The notes under the pieces were generated by a model. It was not told the DNA's origin. It did not search any database and was given only the letters and a program-made list of their open reading frames with translations. Positions 62,101 through 64,000 of a DNA stretch of 64,000 nucleotides are shown here, in pieces; position 1 is the stretch's first letter, and every line of letters begins with the position of its first letter. Where the stretch lies: NCBI GenBank assembly GCA_030324005.1, contig JARDVH010000059.1, positions 83,776,783-83,840,782 on the forward strand, in the 5' to 3' direction. This stretch comes from Negaprion brevirostris (lineage: Eukaryota). A program made the position numbers and the translations under genes.

Positions 62101-63207
62101 TAAGAATTTGTGGGTAACCTTATGTAACTCAAGATTTCTGATATTTGATTCAACATTCAAAAACAGGTCTGCTCCGATTGTCTGTGTTTTCTACCAAACT
62201 GTAGCTGTAAATCAGAAAAAACAGACTTTTGTTCAGATCTCACACAAGGTTGGCATGTGGCCTTTTCAAAGAAACTTCTTGACCTTAATACTCCTGAATA
62301 GTAGTCATATTTATCTCACTACACCAAAAACAGAGAAAACTGACATACTGCCCGAGGAGGTTTCCCAATACATTTCCATACTTGTCGTTGCACATCAGGG
62401 AACTGATATCTGTGAATGTTTTCTTCCGCTTGTGACGGGGGGAGGAGGGGCTGCCAATGGTGCTGCAAAATGAGCAATACCCCTGTGTTTGATCAGCTCC
62501 TTTGCTTTGCTGGGTGAACGTGTATCCCATGAGACAATATCGTGCATCTCCAAGAAATTTCCTTGTGTCCTCACGATAGCAGAACGTGCAGTTTATTCTG
62601 TGACAAATGCTCTTGGCTTTAGTGGTTATCATTGTAGCTCTCTTCCGAATTCTATCTGCTTGAATTCTTTCCACGTGGTGTGACCTCCACTCTTTGCTGT
62701 CTCAGTGCCCTTGTTTCCCCCTTGATCTTTTCTTTCATTCAGAGCCATGACAAATAGCAATGAAACGGGACTAATTATAGTGTGTGCAATAGCATGAGAA
62801 TGATTCGTGAGGCAGCCGAAGTGTGCAGGTCCTGTAACTGTAAAGATGTGAGCTATAAAACACTTACTATTAGTATTCCTTTCACTTAAGTCGGGCAGGT
62901 GTACTATCCTGGAACTCGAAAGGAAGGCGCAATCCACCCCAACCGCCACCCTGATCAGCCTGGCCCTATTGCAGCCTAATTCTCTCCTTGAATGATCCCA
63001 ATTACCTTTACCCAAACCACCTACTGATTGCTGTACATTACTCACCAACCAACTTCACTCCAACAAGCTTCAACTGATCATGACAGACTTCTCTTGGGAC
63101 TCGGCAGATTTCCTTAAATAAGGCCCTGCTGCTGGGATCATAGTCTTTTCACTGAATAACCCAGTAGCAGGCGATCAACCTGGCAAGGATAGGACTGCAA
63201 TGATTGT

Positions 63208-63318
63208 GGGGCGGCACAGTAATTAGCACTGCTGCCTCACAGTGCCAGGGACCTGGGTTCGATTCCCAGTTTGGGTCACTGTTTGTGTGGAGTTTGCACA
63301 TTCTTATGTCTGCGTGGG
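63208..63318 (+). mobile_element. HE1-like V-SINE head, running into an N gap
   Basis: gggcggcacagtaattagcactgctgcctcacagtgccagggacctgggttcgattccc. Confidence 0.88.
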
Positions 63319-63555
63319 NNNNNNNNNNNNNNNNNNNNNNNNNNNNNNNNNNNNNNNNNNNNNNNNNNNNNNNNNNNNNNNNNNNNNNNNNNNNNNNNNN
63401 NNNNNNNNNNNNNNNNNNNNNNNNNNNNNNNNNNNNNNNNNNNNNNNNNNNNNNNNNNNNNNNNNNNNNNNNNNNNNNNNNNNNNNNNNNNNNNNNNNNN
63501 NNNNNNNNNNNNNNNNNNNNNNNNNNNNNNNNNNNNNNNNNNNNNNNNNNNNNNN

Positions 63556-63930
63556 AAGAAATAGGAGCAGGAGTAGGCCATCTAGCCCTTTGAGCCTGCC
63601 CCGTCATTCAATAAGATCATGGCTGATCTGAAGTAGATCAGTTCCACTTTTCCGCCTGCTCCCCATAACCCTTAATTCCCTTGCCTATCAGAAAATTCCC
63701 TTGTCTATCAGATATGAGGGAAAAGTCTTTTCACGCAGTGCAATCTGGAATGCACTGCCTGAGAATGTGGTGGAGGCAAGTTTAAAGAGAAAATTCGTGT
63801 ATTCTCTGGAAAGGGTGGACATGGAGGGCTGCAGGGCGAAGGCTGTGGAGCGGTACTTGGTAAATTGTTCCTTGAGAGAGCCAGCACATGTCTGTCAGGC
63901 AGAATGGCCTCCTTCTATTCTGTGATTCTA
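63556..63930. mobile_element. CR1 3' fragments (- 63556-63700; + about 63710-63930)
   Basis: aagaaataggagcaggagtaggccat tail (reverse); IWNALPENVVEA and ggcagaatggcctccttct tail. Confidence 0.8.
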
Positions 63931-64000
63931 CCCTTGTCCCTCCTCTCCATGCCAGTGAAGATTGAACCCCAGATGGTTCTGCTTATCCAAGCATGAATTT

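Noticed and set aside
62285-62674. 129-aa Cys-containing minus-strand ORF as a novel gene
   Set aside because: No recognisable domain or splice context, and it starts at a non-ATG codon; kept only as possible transposon debris.
1-64000. Prokaryotic-type systems (CRISPR arrays, operons, defence islands) or an endogenous virus
   Set aside because: No regularly spaced repeats, no long intact ORFs and no viral motifs seen; the content is vertebrate intronic DNA.

Overview
Eukaryotic genomic DNA, almost certainly from a shark or other elasmobranch, judged from its repeat families: HE1-type V-SINEs, SacSINE1-like Deu-SINEs, CR1/HER1, L2, Rex/Babar and Penelope-like elements. The only host coding sequence I can support is one 115-nt spliced C2H2 zinc-finger exon on the + strand (13181-13295; (G)SKPFRCTLCNFATAQLGDARNHVKRHLGVREYKCHIC(G)), which I recognise as ZNF407. 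The rest of the window is therefore the two very large flanking introns. Nearly all ORFs in the supplied track are spurious, N-gap artefacts or decayed retroelement fragments. The introns alternate between nested repeat piles and repeat-poor AT-rich blocks that look like conserved non-coding elements. Most notable observations: six decayed minimal hammerhead-ribozyme motifs from three Penelope-like families, one with a 12-bp target-site duplication; candidate recursive-splice and poison-exon sites; old local direct and inverted duplications; one SINE head/core carrying two different tails; a strong CTCF motif; and a possible Harbinger transposase fossil. I found no convincing new multi-gene system. 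Repeat boundaries are estimates by eye (about +/-20 nt), and family names come from recognition, not database searches.
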